A stretch of DNA of 63,919 bases, the filler included, from an uncultured bacterium (GTDB lineage: Bacteria > Latescibacterota > UBA2968), in NCBI GenBank assembly GCA_964471275.1. It is 3 parts of 3 records of this genome, joined end to end, with 100 filler letters (N's around TTAATTAATTAA, not from the genome) between each part and the next. Parts side by side here need not be neighbours in the genome. Positions count along the whole stretch, not along the records: positions 23,579 to 46,666 come from CAYYGZ010000048.1; 2 more parts are not named here. One strand, 5' to 3'. Below are positions 30,036-39,299 of this stretch, in pieces. Each line of letters begins with the position of its first letter. Within the stretch, counting starts at the first letter, position 1. The translations under genes were made by a program, and so were the position numbers. The notes beneath the pieces are model-generated. The model made no database searches and was not told the origin of the DNA. It saw only the letters and a list, made by a program, of their open reading frames with translations.

Positions 30036-30201
30036 CGAGGTCCTTCCAGTCGAAGAATCGAGACGTGGCCACGTAGCGGTTCTCCGACCGTTTGGTGATC
30101 AGAACCGCCGTAAGGCTTCGTCGGAGCAGTCGCGAGGCAGCCGGGATACGTCCCAGCGTCGCGCTGAATGTCCGAAGCGCGATCAGTCTGGCAGTTGTCA
30201 T
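30025..30201 (-). CDS. small basic protein (58 aa)
   Basis: ATG 2 nt after the upstream stop; its stop overlaps the start region of the FrhB-like gene. Confidence 0.55.
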   Translation of the reverse strand: MTTARLIALRTFSATLGRIPAASRLLRRSLTAVLITKRSENRYVATSRFFDWKDLDET

Positions 30202-30203
30202 TC

Positions 30204-31202
30204 TCACGAGAGGGCCTCGCTGGCTCGGATGTAGTCGAGCGTGAGTGGTATGCAGAATCGGTCGTCCATCCAGGCGGGCTGCAGGATGCGGTTCTGTGTG
30301 ATGCCTGCAGTGTGGCGGTCGAGGATGTCGATCCGGTCGATCAGTGCCAGGCCATAGGGGTAGATGTATTGTGTCTTGCGGCTCGTCGGCGAGGGGTCGT
30401 AGCTGCCGTCGTCCTGGATCCGCCCATCGATGAATGTGCCGACACGCTCGGCAGCAGCGTGGGCGTCGGCGCAGCCGGTCTTGACCGCGTAGTGCGCGAG
30501 ATGGCCCAGGCATATCGTGTTGTAACCGATGTCGAATCCGCCATACTCGGGGAACCAGCCTTCATCAGACTGCTGACTCAGAAGCTGCTCCAGCTTGTCT
30601 TCTGCGGCCGTGGCCAAGACGCTGTCGCCGGTGAGCCGGTGGGCCGACGCCAGGGCAGCGATCGCCCCAGCAACCTGATTAGAGACGGCCATGTTCTCGT
30701 TGCAGGCCAACCATCGTGCTGATCGCACCACGGCATCTGCATGCCGATCCGAATCCAGTGCCTGCATTGCCTCCGATACCGCCAGCGTGCTGAACGCTGT
30801 GGCAACGTAGCTCTGCTCGTTGGGGTAGACCTCACTCAGGCTGCCGTCTCGGACCTGGACCTCGGCCCAGAAACCGATAGCGCCGAGTGCCCACGTACGA
30901 ATCTTCTCCACACCTGCATAGGCGCTGCTCCCCGAGTCTGCCCGGTAGAGCAACGCGAGGATCTGGGCTGCCTCCTGCAGACGGCCGTTCGAGAAATCGA
31001 GTGTTCTGTAGTGCCAGTAGGGGCGATCGAAACAGCCAAATGTCGACGAGCTGGGCTCACGGTCGCACAGCCCGAGAATGCGCGGGAGTTGATCGATCGC
31101 CTTCTGTGCGTATACGGAGGCGATTGCGTTAGTCTGCGCTGTGTGCCTCAGCCCCTCCGCTTTGTCGGGGCGTGAGACGGGCGTGTCCAGTAAGCAACTC
31201 AT
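30204..31202 (-). CDS. alpha/alpha-toroid protein of unknown function (QW-like repeats)
   Basis: QVRDGSL, QSDEGWFPEYGGFDIGY, IQDDGSY; helical; start overlaps the upstream stop. Confidence 0.7.
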   Translation of the reverse strand: MSCLLDTPVSRPDKAEGLRHTAQTNAIASVYAQKAIDQLPRILGLCDREPSSSTFGCFDRPYWHYRTLDFSNGRLQEAAQILALLYRADSGSSAYAGVEKIRTWALGAIGFWAEVQVRDGSLSEVYPNEQSYVATAFSTLAVSEAMQALDSDRHADAVVRSARWLACNENMAVSNQVAGAIAALASAHRLTGDSVLATAAEDKLEQLLSQQSDEGWFPEYGGFDIGYNTICLGHLAHYAVKTGCADAHAAAERVGTFIDGRIQDDGSYDPSPTSRKTQYIYPYGLALIDRIDILDRHTAGITQNRILQPAWMDDRFCIPLTLDYIRASEALS

Positions 31203-32905
31203 CGGACAGCCTCCGCTATTGCAGGGGACTCACGACGAACATCGTGTATCCGGATATCATATGCCGTGGGATAGTCGCGGCGGATGTGTTCGAGATTCCG
31301 TGCAACCCGGTAACCCATCGCCCCGAAGTAGCGTGGGTCAAGTCGCGTAAACGTGTTGTCGACCACGACAATCGGATCGGAGGAACGAGCCCGCCCGACG
31401 AGGGCACGGCTCAGCTCGATGTCGTCGAGGTGAACCGCCCGATAGTAGCGACGAAAATCGAGCGGATCGAAATCACCCTTCAGTTCATACTCATCCTGCT
31501 GGAGGTAGGGACGTATATGCTGTCGCATCCTATCGCTGCTGTGATCGTACTGCTGCGATAGGTAGAAATTCCACACAGGCCAGACACTGCCCGGCCGGAA
31601 CCCGATTGTACCTCCGTGCCTCTCGACCCAATCCAGCAGTTGTGATGTTGCCTCACGGTAGCCCGATGAGGCCTGAACGAGAGGCGCACTCCGCCATCCG
31701 CCCGTCAGCAGAAGAAAGCCGATCGTGACGGCCAGAGCGACCGAGGCACGTTGGTGTGTGTTTCGTGAAGCGAATGCAATCGCCTGAGATATTGCATAGC
31801 CCGCGACGATCGCGAGTGCGGGGAAAGCGATGGGCATCACGCGAAACATGACCATCTTTCCGACCGCGAAGAGCGACCAGACCGCGATCGGTCCGATAGC
31901 AACCGCGAGGAGCATCCAGATCTCGATGCGGCGGAATCGAGTCGTCATTAGATGCACGATGCCGACTCCGGTCGCTAGGAGCACCACGATGCCCTCCGTA
32001 AATAGGAACTTCCTGGCGACGAAGATCGAGGCCAAGGGATAGAAAGCGATATCGCTTGCCATCCTCCCCGTGTCCCGGACAGAGAACTGTTCGAAATAGG
32101 TATGGAGTCCTTCGGGACTGCCGGCTGCGAGCTTGCAGACCAGGGAACCGATCTCGAAGGTACACACGGGTGTGATCGATCCCAGAAGCAGGGCAAGCAC
32201 GTATTGTGTACCACGAGTAACCGTCTGGTGTCGGAAGCTCCGGATGATTTCGAAGCCAAGGATCGTGGCCGGAAGGATGATAGCGTTGTAGTGACAGGTA
32301 ACGCTCAAACCGAGGGAGACACCTGCCAGCCAGAGAGAACGGGCTCTGTGCGACGGGTCTGGGGCTACCCACAGGAGAATTCCCAATGCCGCAAAGAACG
32401 TCGAGTCTGCCTGGGCCATCGCGCTGCGTGAGTAGTAGATGTGGAATCCTGAGGCCGCCAGGACCGCAGTTGACAGCAGGGCCGTGCGTGCGTCAAAGAG
32501 GTGTTGCGCGATACGGAAGACGACCATCAGGGTCAGAACACCCAGGAGGACGGACATCAGAAGTGCCGATGTGTCCGAGACACCGAGGAGGCTGAATGCA
32601 GCAAAGGTCAGGAGGTTGTGTGCCGGCTTCAGCGAGGTGATAGGAACCGTTCCCCGGTCACGCAAGTATGCCTTTAGCGACTTTCCTGCGATATCATCGC
32701 TGTCGCTAGATCTCTTGATCACGTAATCTACCGTGTCGACCAGGGACTTGGCCTCCAGCAGATACCAGCCTTCGTCGTAATCAAAGACGCCACGCGTCGT
32801 GATTCCCCAACTGCGGATGCTGACCGAAAAAAGGATGATGATCACAAGCATCCAGGCCTGGAACGACGACAGAGTTCGGGGTCGGTCTTGAGAAGACAAA
32901 TTCAT
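31199..32905 (-). CDS. ArnT/PMT-like (GT-C, GT39/83) glycosyltransferase
   Basis: YDEGWY after TM1, KP motif, YYSR; many TMs. Confidence 0.85.
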   Translation of the reverse strand: MNLSSQDRPRTLSSFQAWMLVIIILFSVSIRSWGITTRGVFDYDEGWYLLEAKSLVDTVDYVIKRSSDSDDIAGKSLKAYLRDRGTVPITSLKPAHNLLTFAAFSLLGVSDTSALLMSVLLGVLTLMVVFRIAQHLFDARTALLSTAVLAASGFHIYYSRSAMAQADSTFFAALGILLWVAPDPSHRARSLWLAGVSLGLSVTCHYNAIILPATILGFEIIRSFRHQTVTRGTQYVLALLLGSITPVCTFEIGSLVCKLAAGSPEGLHTYFEQFSVRDTGRMASDIAFYPLASIFVARKFLFTEGIVVLLATGVGIVHLMTTRFRRIEIWMLLAVAIGPIAVWSLFAVGKMVMFRVMPIAFPALAIVAGYAISQAIAFASRNTHQRASVALAVTIGFLLLTGGWRSAPLVQASSGYREATSQLLDWVERHGGTIGFRPGSVWPVWNFYLSQQYDHSSDRMRQHIRPYLQQDEYELKGDFDPLDFRRYYRAVHLDDIELSRALVGRARSSDPIVVVDNTFTRLDPRYFGAMGYRVARNLEHIRRDYPTAYDIRIHDVRRESPAIAEAVR

Positions 32906-33009
32906 GGCACTTATAGAGTTGTTTATGAATGATTGTGTGGTGCTACCGCAAGGATCGAGGAACGACCAGGGTGGGGTGGGATCTTGCTGGGGTCATCCTC
33001 TCCTTGCTG

Positions 33010-33036
33010 TTATCGGCAGATTCCACCACACGATTA
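33010..33036 (-). promoter_or_regulatory. sigma28-type promoter
   Basis: minus strand TAAT-N15-GCCGATAA, about 105 nt upstream of the ArnT-like gene. Confidence 0.65.
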
Positions 33037-33221
33037 GCCGTTTATGGTGGACCGATACCAACTTTAGCAAAGAGAATGCCCGGCGGGTTATTGGACGTAA
33101 GGAGTTGTTATTTCAGCTTTTTGTGGAATTTCAGGTTGTGCGCTATGCGAGAAATTATTTCCGTCGGCCCGGATGGGTGCGAAAAAAAGCGATCGAATAG
33201 GTATGTTTTGGGGCGGGTATG

Positions 33222-33956
33222 CTAGATCCGTTGCTCTGGGGGAACTCCCTTTAGGCTACGGGAGGGAACGCCTACGGAGATTGTCTCCGGGGAGATATCT
33301 TTCGTGACAACAGATCCAGCTCCGGCGACTGCATTTTCTCCGACGCGTCGGCCTGGCAGAATGGTTGCGTTTGCGCCAATCCTGCCACCTCTGCGGACGA
33401 TCGCTCCGGCATAGTGTTGCTTGCGTTCCTCAGTCCTGCCCAGGTAGTTGTCGTTCGTCAGAGTTACTTCGGGTGCGATGAAGCAATCGTCCCCGATTTC
33501 CGTGAAGGCACAGATGAACGCACCTGCCTCGATCTTACACCTCGCGCCGATTCTGACCTTATTCTCTACGGCCACTCCGCGCCCTACGATGCTGGCGTCC
33601 CCGACACTGCTTTCCTCCCTGACGGAAGCGAGATCGGCGACAAGACCGTCCTGTCCGATGGTGGACCCTCTGAAGACGATCGCAGAGGTGCCGATAACGA
33701 CACGATCGGACAGCCTGAGGGGTGGCAGGTCCGTGGTCGGATCGAGTGCCATAGATCGCGAACGCAGCGGTGCTTTGCCCAAGACTGCGTGGTCATCGAT
33801 GATACAGCCTTCGCCGATCTCCGTATCGTCGTGTATGATGATGTGATGACCGATTCGGCAGTCTACGCCGATCGTCACGTTTTCGCCGATTACGCAGAAG
33901 TGCCCCATAGACACATCCTCTGCGATGCTCGCTGATTCTGCAATAATGCTGGTCAT
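33222..33956 (-). CDS. hexapeptide-repeat N-acetyltransferase (WbpD/WlbB-like)
   Basis: left-handed beta-helix repeats, LTND, GAGSVVTKD. Confidence 0.88.
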   Translation of the reverse strand: MTSIIAESASIAEDVSMGHFCVIGENVTIGVDCRIGHHIIIHDDTEIGEGCIIDDHAVLGKAPLRSRSMALDPTTDLPPLRLSDRVVIGTSAIVFRGSTIGQDGLVADLASVREESSVGDASIVGRGVAVENKVRIGARCKIEAGAFICAFTEIGDDCFIAPEVTLTNDNYLGRTEERKQHYAGAIVRRGGRIGANATILPGRRVGENAVAGAGSVVTKDISPETISVGVPSRSLKGVPPEQRI

Positions 33957-33972
33957 CGTATTACTCCTGTTG

Positions 33973-35463
33973 CTAGAGGTATCCGAGAGCTCTCAGTCTC
34001 TTCTCGACAGCTGCCTGCTCTTCATCGGTGTAAACACCAGCGGACGGTCTTGAGCTATCAGGAATCCCAACTGTGGAACGACCGGGTTCCAGGATCGACC
34101 GGCCCTGGAAGTCGTCGGGGGGGGCGATGCCGAAGAGGCTCAAGATAGTGGACGCGACGTCCCTTATGTCCAGATGGTCTGCAGGACCTGGCTCGATGCG
34201 ATCGCTTCTGAGGGAGAACACGCCGAACTGGGCGTGGTTCGCGTCGTCCTGCCCCGTGTCGTTTTCGGCGACGAAAACATTCTCGTGACCAACGGAGGCG
34301 ACCGACCGATAGCGTAAGTCATCCAGGTAGACGATCAGGTCAGGCGCAATCCCGTTGACGTTTTGGTAGATCCGTTCCGGACGGTGCGCCGTGTTCTGCA
34401 TAGACATTCCGTCCGGTCGCTCGAGCTGCGACAGTTTACTGGAAATTTCGTCGAGCAGAGCGTCGGCCTCCCTCTCGCGGACAATACCCGTCGGTTCACG
34501 GTTCTCGATGTTCAGGCAGAGACGTGCGTAGTATCCGCCCTCGCCCCAGACCCGTGTCCGGGACCAGTCCACGTTGTTCAGGTTCCAGTTTTCGATCTTA
34601 CCGGGTGGCTCTAGAAGATTCAGATAGCCTTCCTCGATCAACCAATCGTTGATGGCGAATCCGCCGTCGATGGCCTTCGCACCGTGGTCCGAAACCAGCA
34701 TGATGTCTGTCTCCGGGCCGACCAGATCCAGCGTCCTACCGATTTCGTCGTCGATCAGCCGGTAGTAATCGAAGATCGCGTCCCGGTAGGGCGAGTCCGG
34801 TGTGTAGTCGCGGTGGGAGGGATCCGCGTAGCGCCAGAAGGCGTGGTTGATGCGGTCAGTACCCATCTCAACGTGAACGGCGAACTCCCATTCGCGCGTC
34901 TCGATCAGGTGCCTTGTGACACGGAACCGCTTGGTCGTCATCTCGCGTATGTCGGCAAGAACACGATCCTTCTGATCCGTCCGGAAATCAGGAACATCGA
35001 TCAGATAGGGGGCGGCGACGGTCTCGACCTCGGCCTTCAGGGAATCGGGATAGGTGTAGGTGCTTTCCGGCCCAGGTGTCAGGAACGATGATATCGCTAC
35101 GCCGTTGATCGGTCTAAGGGGGTAGGTCTGCGGTACACCGACCAATATGCTTCTATGGCCTGCCGCGCCAAGCAAGTCCCAGACACTCGGCTCCTTGACC
35201 CAGTCCGCGTTGGCGATCGCCATGCTGTTGTATGTGTAGTCGGTTCTGTTACGTAGCCCATAGATGCCGAGTGTCCCTGGATCCTTGCCTGAAAACATGC
35301 TCGCCCAGGCAGGAACGGTTATCGGAGGAACAGTGCTTTCAAGCCGCGCATAAAGGCTGTCCGCAAGGAGTGACGACAGGTTCGGCAGTCTGTCCCTGTA
35401 TCGCTCGAAGACGAGTTCAGGTGGAGCGCAGTCCAGGCCGATGACGAGTAGACGGTTGGGCAT
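33973..35463 (-). CDS. alkaline phosphatase superfamily (type I phosphodiesterase/nucleotide pyrophosphatase) protein
   Basis: IGLDCA, PPITVPAW, SDHG; C-terminal RLRALGYL. Confidence 0.88.
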   Translation of the reverse strand: MPNRLLVIGLDCAPPELVFERYRDRLPNLSSLLADSLYARLESTVPPITVPAWASMFSGKDPGTLGIYGLRNRTDYTYNSMAIANADWVKEPSVWDLLGAAGHRSILVGVPQTYPLRPINGVAISSFLTPGPESTYTYPDSLKAEVETVAAPYLIDVPDFRTDQKDRVLADIREMTTKRFRVTRHLIETREWEFAVHVEMGTDRINHAFWRYADPSHRDYTPDSPYRDAIFDYYRLIDDEIGRTLDLVGPETDIMLVSDHGAKAIDGGFAINDWLIEEGYLNLLEPPGKIENWNLNNVDWSRTRVWGEGGYYARLCLNIENREPTGIVREREADALLDEISSKLSQLERPDGMSMQNTAHRPERIYQNVNGIAPDLIVYLDDLRYRSVASVGHENVFVAENDTGQDDANHAQFGVFSLRSDRIEPGPADHLDIRDVASTILSLFGIAPPDDFQGRSILEPGRSTVGIPDSSRPSAGVYTDEEQAAVEKRLRALGYL

Positions 35464-35522
35464 AGGTGGCTTGCTTGGGTGTGGTTGTTGTGGTGGGACG
35501 CCGCCGAAAGGTCAAAACAGAT

Positions 35523-35554
35523 GTGCCCCCAGTCAAGTGCTTGACCGGGGGCAC
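35523..35554. terminator. intergenic hairpin
   Basis: GTGCCCCCAGTCAA/TTGACCGGGGGCAC; no U-tract. Confidence 0.45.
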
Positions 35555-35579
35555 ACGTGCATTCTTGATGATCAGCAGA

Positions 35580-36539
35580 TCACGCAGGCGGCTCGCCGCC
35601 GGGGCCCTTCCTGGCCGATCGATACCACTCGACGCTCATCCGTAGACCCGTCTCAACGGAGACGGTCGGGTCGTAACCCATCAACTCACGTGCCCTGTTG
35701 ATCGATGCGAGCGAGTGCTTGATATCCCCCGCACGATCCGGACCATATACCACCTCTGTGTCCACATCGGTGAAAGTGCGTAGGTGGTCGAGTACCTTGT
35801 TGAGGCTGGTGCTTTCTCCACACGCCACGTTGAAGACTTCACCTGTCGCCTTCGGGGCAACTGCGGCCTTCATGTTCGCCTGGATGACGTTCTCAACGAA
35901 GGTGAAGTCACGCGACTGCTCACCGTCGCCGTTGATTGTGATCCGGCCCCCGTCGAGGAAGGCGGTGATGAAGAGGGGCATGACAGCGGCGTACTGGGAC
36001 TTCGGGTCCTGACCCAGGCCGAATACGTTGAAGTATCGGAGCGCGACCGTTTCCAACCCATACGTTCGCGCAAAGACCTGACAATACTTCTCTCCCGCCA
36101 GCTTCGCGACCGCATAGGGCGAGATTGGCATCGGTGTCATTTCCTCGGACTTCGGGAGGGCCGGGTTTTCGCCGTAAATCGAGGAAGAAGAGGCGTAGAC
36201 AACGCGTCTTACGCCGTTGTTCTTCGAGGAGTCCAGTATGTTTAGGGTCCCCTCGACGCACACCTGGTTGGTCGTGATCGGGTCATTGATCGATCGTGGA
36301 ACCGAAGGCAGCGCGCCCTGATGGAATACGACCTCAACGTCGCGGGTGGCCTCGTGAACCGTGTGATAGCTCCTCAGGTCGCCTTCGATCAGCTCAATCT
36401 TGCTGAGGAAGGGACCAAGATTGTCACGTTTTCCGGTGGAGAAGTTGTCGAGGACGCGGACGTGGTGGCCTTCATCCAGGAGGTGCCGAACCAGATTATG
36501 ACCGACGAATCCGGCGCCTCCCGTTACGAGACAGTCCAT
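35580..36539 (-). CDS. extended SDR NDP-sugar epimerase (WbpP-like)
   Basis: TGGAGFVG, SVPRS, SPYAVAK, RYFNVFG, RDFTFV. Confidence 0.9.
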   Translation of the reverse strand: MDCLVTGGAGFVGHNLVRHLLDEGHHVRVLDNFSTGKRDNLGPFLSKIELIEGDLRSYHTVHEATRDVEVVFHQGALPSVPRSINDPITTNQVCVEGTLNILDSSKNNGVRRVVYASSSSIYGENPALPKSEEMTPMPISPYAVAKLAGEKYCQVFARTYGLETVALRYFNVFGLGQDPKSQYAAVMPLFITAFLDGGRITINGDGEQSRDFTFVENVIQANMKAAVAPKATGEVFNVACGESTSLNKVLDHLRTFTDVDTEVVYGPDRAGDIKHSLASINRARELMGYDPTVSVETGLRMSVEWYRSARKGPGGEPPA

Positions 36540-36590
36540 GCAAATACTCCTGCTGTGTGTGGTGTCGTATCTGTTGCGTCTAAATATAGG

Positions 36591-36776
36591 TCAGGCCGCT
36601 CTGGGGTCACCCTTTTGTGCGGGCTGAGCAGTCTGATTGGCCAGAGATCGCATGCGGTCTGACCAGATCTGATTCAGGCGTCGCGTGCGGCCGTTCTGAT
36701 ACTCGATTACAAACAAACAGAGTCCGCAAAGCACGAGAACCGAGAGGAGGAGAAAGCAGATGAAGAGGAATTCCAC
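36591..36776 (-). CDS. small single-TM protein (61 aa)
   Basis: GTG start with purine-rich RBS; hydrophobic N-terminus, basic tail. Confidence 0.5.
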   Translation of the reverse strand: MEFLFICFLLLSVLVLCGLCLFVIEYQNGRTRRLNQIWSDRMRSLANQTAQPAQKGDPRAA

Positions 36777-36796
36777 GGTATTGTCCCTTTTTCTGA

Positions 36797-36823
36797 GTAT
36801 CGACCGGTTCTCCGAATTCTTGA
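36797..36823 (-). promoter_or_regulatory. sigma28-type promoter
   Basis: minus strand TCAA-N15-GTCGATAC, 20 nt upstream of the small ORF. Confidence 0.5.
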
Positions 36824-36955
36824 CGGAGAGACGAGTGGATCAGGGAGCAACCGTAATGCCATACCTCGGTCCTCTTGGCCTAACTTATTGTTATATAGAA
36901 ACTTTCACTTGTCTTCTGAGGTGGTCAGAATCTGTGTATAACGGAACTTCCTTCC

Positions 36956-38050
36956 TCAGGCGAGCCGTCCTCTGGCCGCAACCTCCAACACGATCTCGAC
37001 CCGGTCGTCCCGGACACCGTAGATGACATCGTGGAGGAAGACGGTCATATCGCTGTATCCGGATACCATTTCCACCTTGTCCCCAACCTTGAGATCTCTC
37101 GCATTCTTCCCAAGCGAAAGGTGGCCGTGTTCTGCGTTGAGCGCTACGACTTCGATATCCGTGCCGAGAGCTTCAGGAAGTTCGTAGTCACCGTGCACCG
37201 TCTTGCGTCCGGCGTCGATCACCGCTCGCTCCGGTTCCCGATGACTGACGACGGTGGCGAGAACGGTGAGGGCGTGATCCAGACCTCGGGCACCCAGGTG
37301 TTTCGAATAGTAGGTGTCCATCATAACGCCGCCGCCGGCCTGAATTTCGGTAACACCCGGAAGGTCGGGGGTGTAGGCAAGGGTTCCGGTCCCGCCCGCA
37401 CTTACGATCGGGGCCTTCATACCGGCGGCGCCCAGCGCGGCGACGGATTCGGCGAGCAGGCCGACACACCGCTTGCACTCCGTTTCCTTTTCCCCATCCG
37501 GAAGGCCCATCGCGTGGCCTTCGTATCCCATTATGCCAGCATACTCAACGCCATCCGTTTCTTCGGCACGTCTGGCCAATTCGGCGACAGCCGATCCGGG
37601 CTCGACGCCGGAGCGATTCATCCCGACGTTTACCTCAATCAACACTCGGACGCTGACACCGATGGCTGTCGCGGCAGCGCCGACTTCCGCGATGTGCGTG
37701 GGATCATCGACAGAGACCATCACGTCAGCCAACCGGCGCAGATTCACGAGACGCGCAACCTTCTGGGGGCCGACCACCTGATTTGCGATCAAGATGTCTC
37801 GAATCCCGGCGGCGGCCATTACTTCGGCCTCACCGAGCTTGGCACACGTAACGCCGATAGCTCCTGCCGCAATACACTTCTGCGCGATGACGGGGCTCTT
37901 GTGCCCTTTCGTGTGCGGCCGCCAATCGACACCGCTGGCCTTGCAGCGTTCTGCAATGGTGTCGATGTTCCGCTCAAGTATGTCGAGATCGAGCAAGAGT
38001 GCGGGCGTGTCGAGTAAGGTCTTTGGCTGGCCGATCGGTGAGTAAGCCAT
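36956..38050 (-). CDS. DSD1-family fold-type III PLP enzyme (D-threonine aldolase/D-serine dehydratase-like)
   Basis: DTPAL, RPHTKGHK, GYEGH, DAGRK, NAEHG. Confidence 0.88.
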   Translation of the reverse strand: MAYSPIGQPKTLLDTPALLLDLDILERNIDTIAERCKASGVDWRPHTKGHKSPVIAQKCIAAGAIGVTCAKLGEAEVMAAAGIRDILIANQVVGPQKVARLVNLRRLADVMVSVDDPTHIAEVGAAATAIGVSVRVLIEVNVGMNRSGVEPGSAVAELARRAEETDGVEYAGIMGYEGHAMGLPDGEKETECKRCVGLLAESVAALGAAGMKAPIVSAGGTGTLAYTPDLPGVTEIQAGGGVMMDTYYSKHLGARGLDHALTVLATVVSHREPERAVIDAGRKTVHGDYELPEALGTDIEVVALNAEHGHLSLGKNARDLKVGDKVEMVSGYSDMTVFLHDVIYGVRDDRVEIVLEVAARGRLA

Positions 38051-38071
38051 TCTTCTCCGTCAGGTTTGTGG

Positions 38072-39220
38072 TTAGGCAAATACGCCGGGTGCAAAGACCC
38101 GACCGGACTTGATGGTGGAGACGTGCTCCAAACGCGTGTCTCCTGTACGCTGGTTCCCTCGCGCATCGGTGAACTCGGCCGGACCTTCCTGAACGCGGAT
38201 CAAAGTGAGGTCCGCTGCCGTATTCTCGCGGAGGGCGCCGAGGTCTTCGTGCATTCCCATCACGCGGGCAGGCTCGGTGGTGACCTTTGCGATTGCGGTC
38301 TCGAGCGTCATACCGAGGCAGATAAACTTCGAGACCGTTTCCAGCAGGCTGTGAACGGGTCCGTGCAGGTTGTACTTGTGGAGATCGCTGGAGATCGTGC
38401 CAGGCGCGAATCCCTGCTTCAGGGCTGCCTCGGCGATGTCGAACGAAAAGCTGCCGGCGCCGTGACCGACGTCGAACATCACACCCTTGTCCAGAGCCTT
38501 GGTGGCGGCCGGCCGAAGCGTCCCGTCCGGGTCAAGGATACCGGTGTCGCTCTGGTGATAGCAGTGCGTGACGATGTCGCCTGAGCGAAGGTCATCCATC
38601 ATCGCAGAGAAACTGATCGGACTGGCATTCGGGTGTATCATCAGTGGAAGACCGGTGGCTTCGCAGACGTCCAATGCCTGCTTGAGCCCTTCAGGACCGT
38701 TTTCGCCGACGATACGATCGCTCATCCGGATCTTGACGCCGACGATACTGTCCCTGAATGTCTCGCACGTTTGCACGGCACGCTCGACGTCGGCATATCG
38801 CAGGTCTGTCAGTTCTCCGATGTTTTGAGAGAGTTGTCCCTGTGATGAGATGTGCAGGAATGCTCTTATCCGAGTCGCGCTGACGTCGATGACGTATTTC
38901 TGGAATCCCGGATAGGTGTCTGCACCCGCGGAGCCCGCGTCGAATGCGGTCGTTACGCCTTTACCCAGACAGTTTGGGTCCGCAGGGATACCCAGGTGTG
39001 CGACGCCGTCCCACACGTGAACGTGGAGGTCGATCAGCCCGGGACAGACCAGCACATCCGAAGCGTCGATGACGGTGTCTGCAGCCTCCTCGAAGATCTC
39101 TTCCCGTATGGCCGTTATCCGGCCTTCCCGAATACCGATATCTCTCCTGATCTGGTTCAGGCCGCTTGCAGGATCCAGCAGGTCGCCATCTTTGACGAGC
39201 AGATCGAATTCGGTGGACAT
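38072..39220 (-). CDS. amidohydrolase/deacetylase family metallohydrolase
   Basis: PGLIDLHVH, DAGSAG, DVGHGAGSF, ISSDLH. Confidence 0.88.
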   Translation of the reverse strand: MSTEFDLLVKDGDLLDPASGLNQIRRDIGIREGRITAIREEIFEEAADTVIDASDVLVCPGLIDLHVHVWDGVAHLGIPADPNCLGKGVTTAFDAGSAGADTYPGFQKYVIDVSATRIRAFLHISSQGQLSQNIGELTDLRYADVERAVQTCETFRDSIVGVKIRMSDRIVGENGPEGLKQALDVCEATGLPLMIHPNASPISFSAMMDDLRSGDIVTHCYHQSDTGILDPDGTLRPAATKALDKGVMFDVGHGAGSFSFDIAEAALKQGFAPGTISSDLHKYNLHGPVHSLLETVSKFICLGMTLETAIAKVTTEPARVMGMHEDLGALRENTAADLTLIRVQEGPAEFTDARGNQRTGDTRLEHVSTIKSGRVFAPGVFA

Positions 39221-39244
39221 GCTAACCTTTCCCTGGCGGGTAAG

Positions 39245-39276
39245 AAAAAAGGAGCGGCCCCAAGACCACTCCTTTC
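39245..39276 (-). terminator. intrinsic terminator of mdh
   Basis: AAAGGAG.GG/CCACTCCTTT stem with a T-run on the minus strand. Confidence 0.65.
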
Positions 39277-39299
39277 TGTTGCCTATGCTATGAGCGTCT

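Noticed and set aside
23579..30201. Lasso peptide/RiPP cluster (AsnB-like + radical SAM + small ORF)
   Set aside because: AsnB has an intact Cys-1 glutaminase domain, there is no RRE or B2 protease, and the context is glycosyltransferases.
30204..31202. Squalene-hopene cyclase
   Set aside because: About half the expected length and no DxDD motif.
33671..33697. TGAA-N15-GCCGATAA, and GCCGATA boxes at 12219 and 42969
   Set aside because: They lie inside coding sequence (33671 antisense) or have no -35 element.
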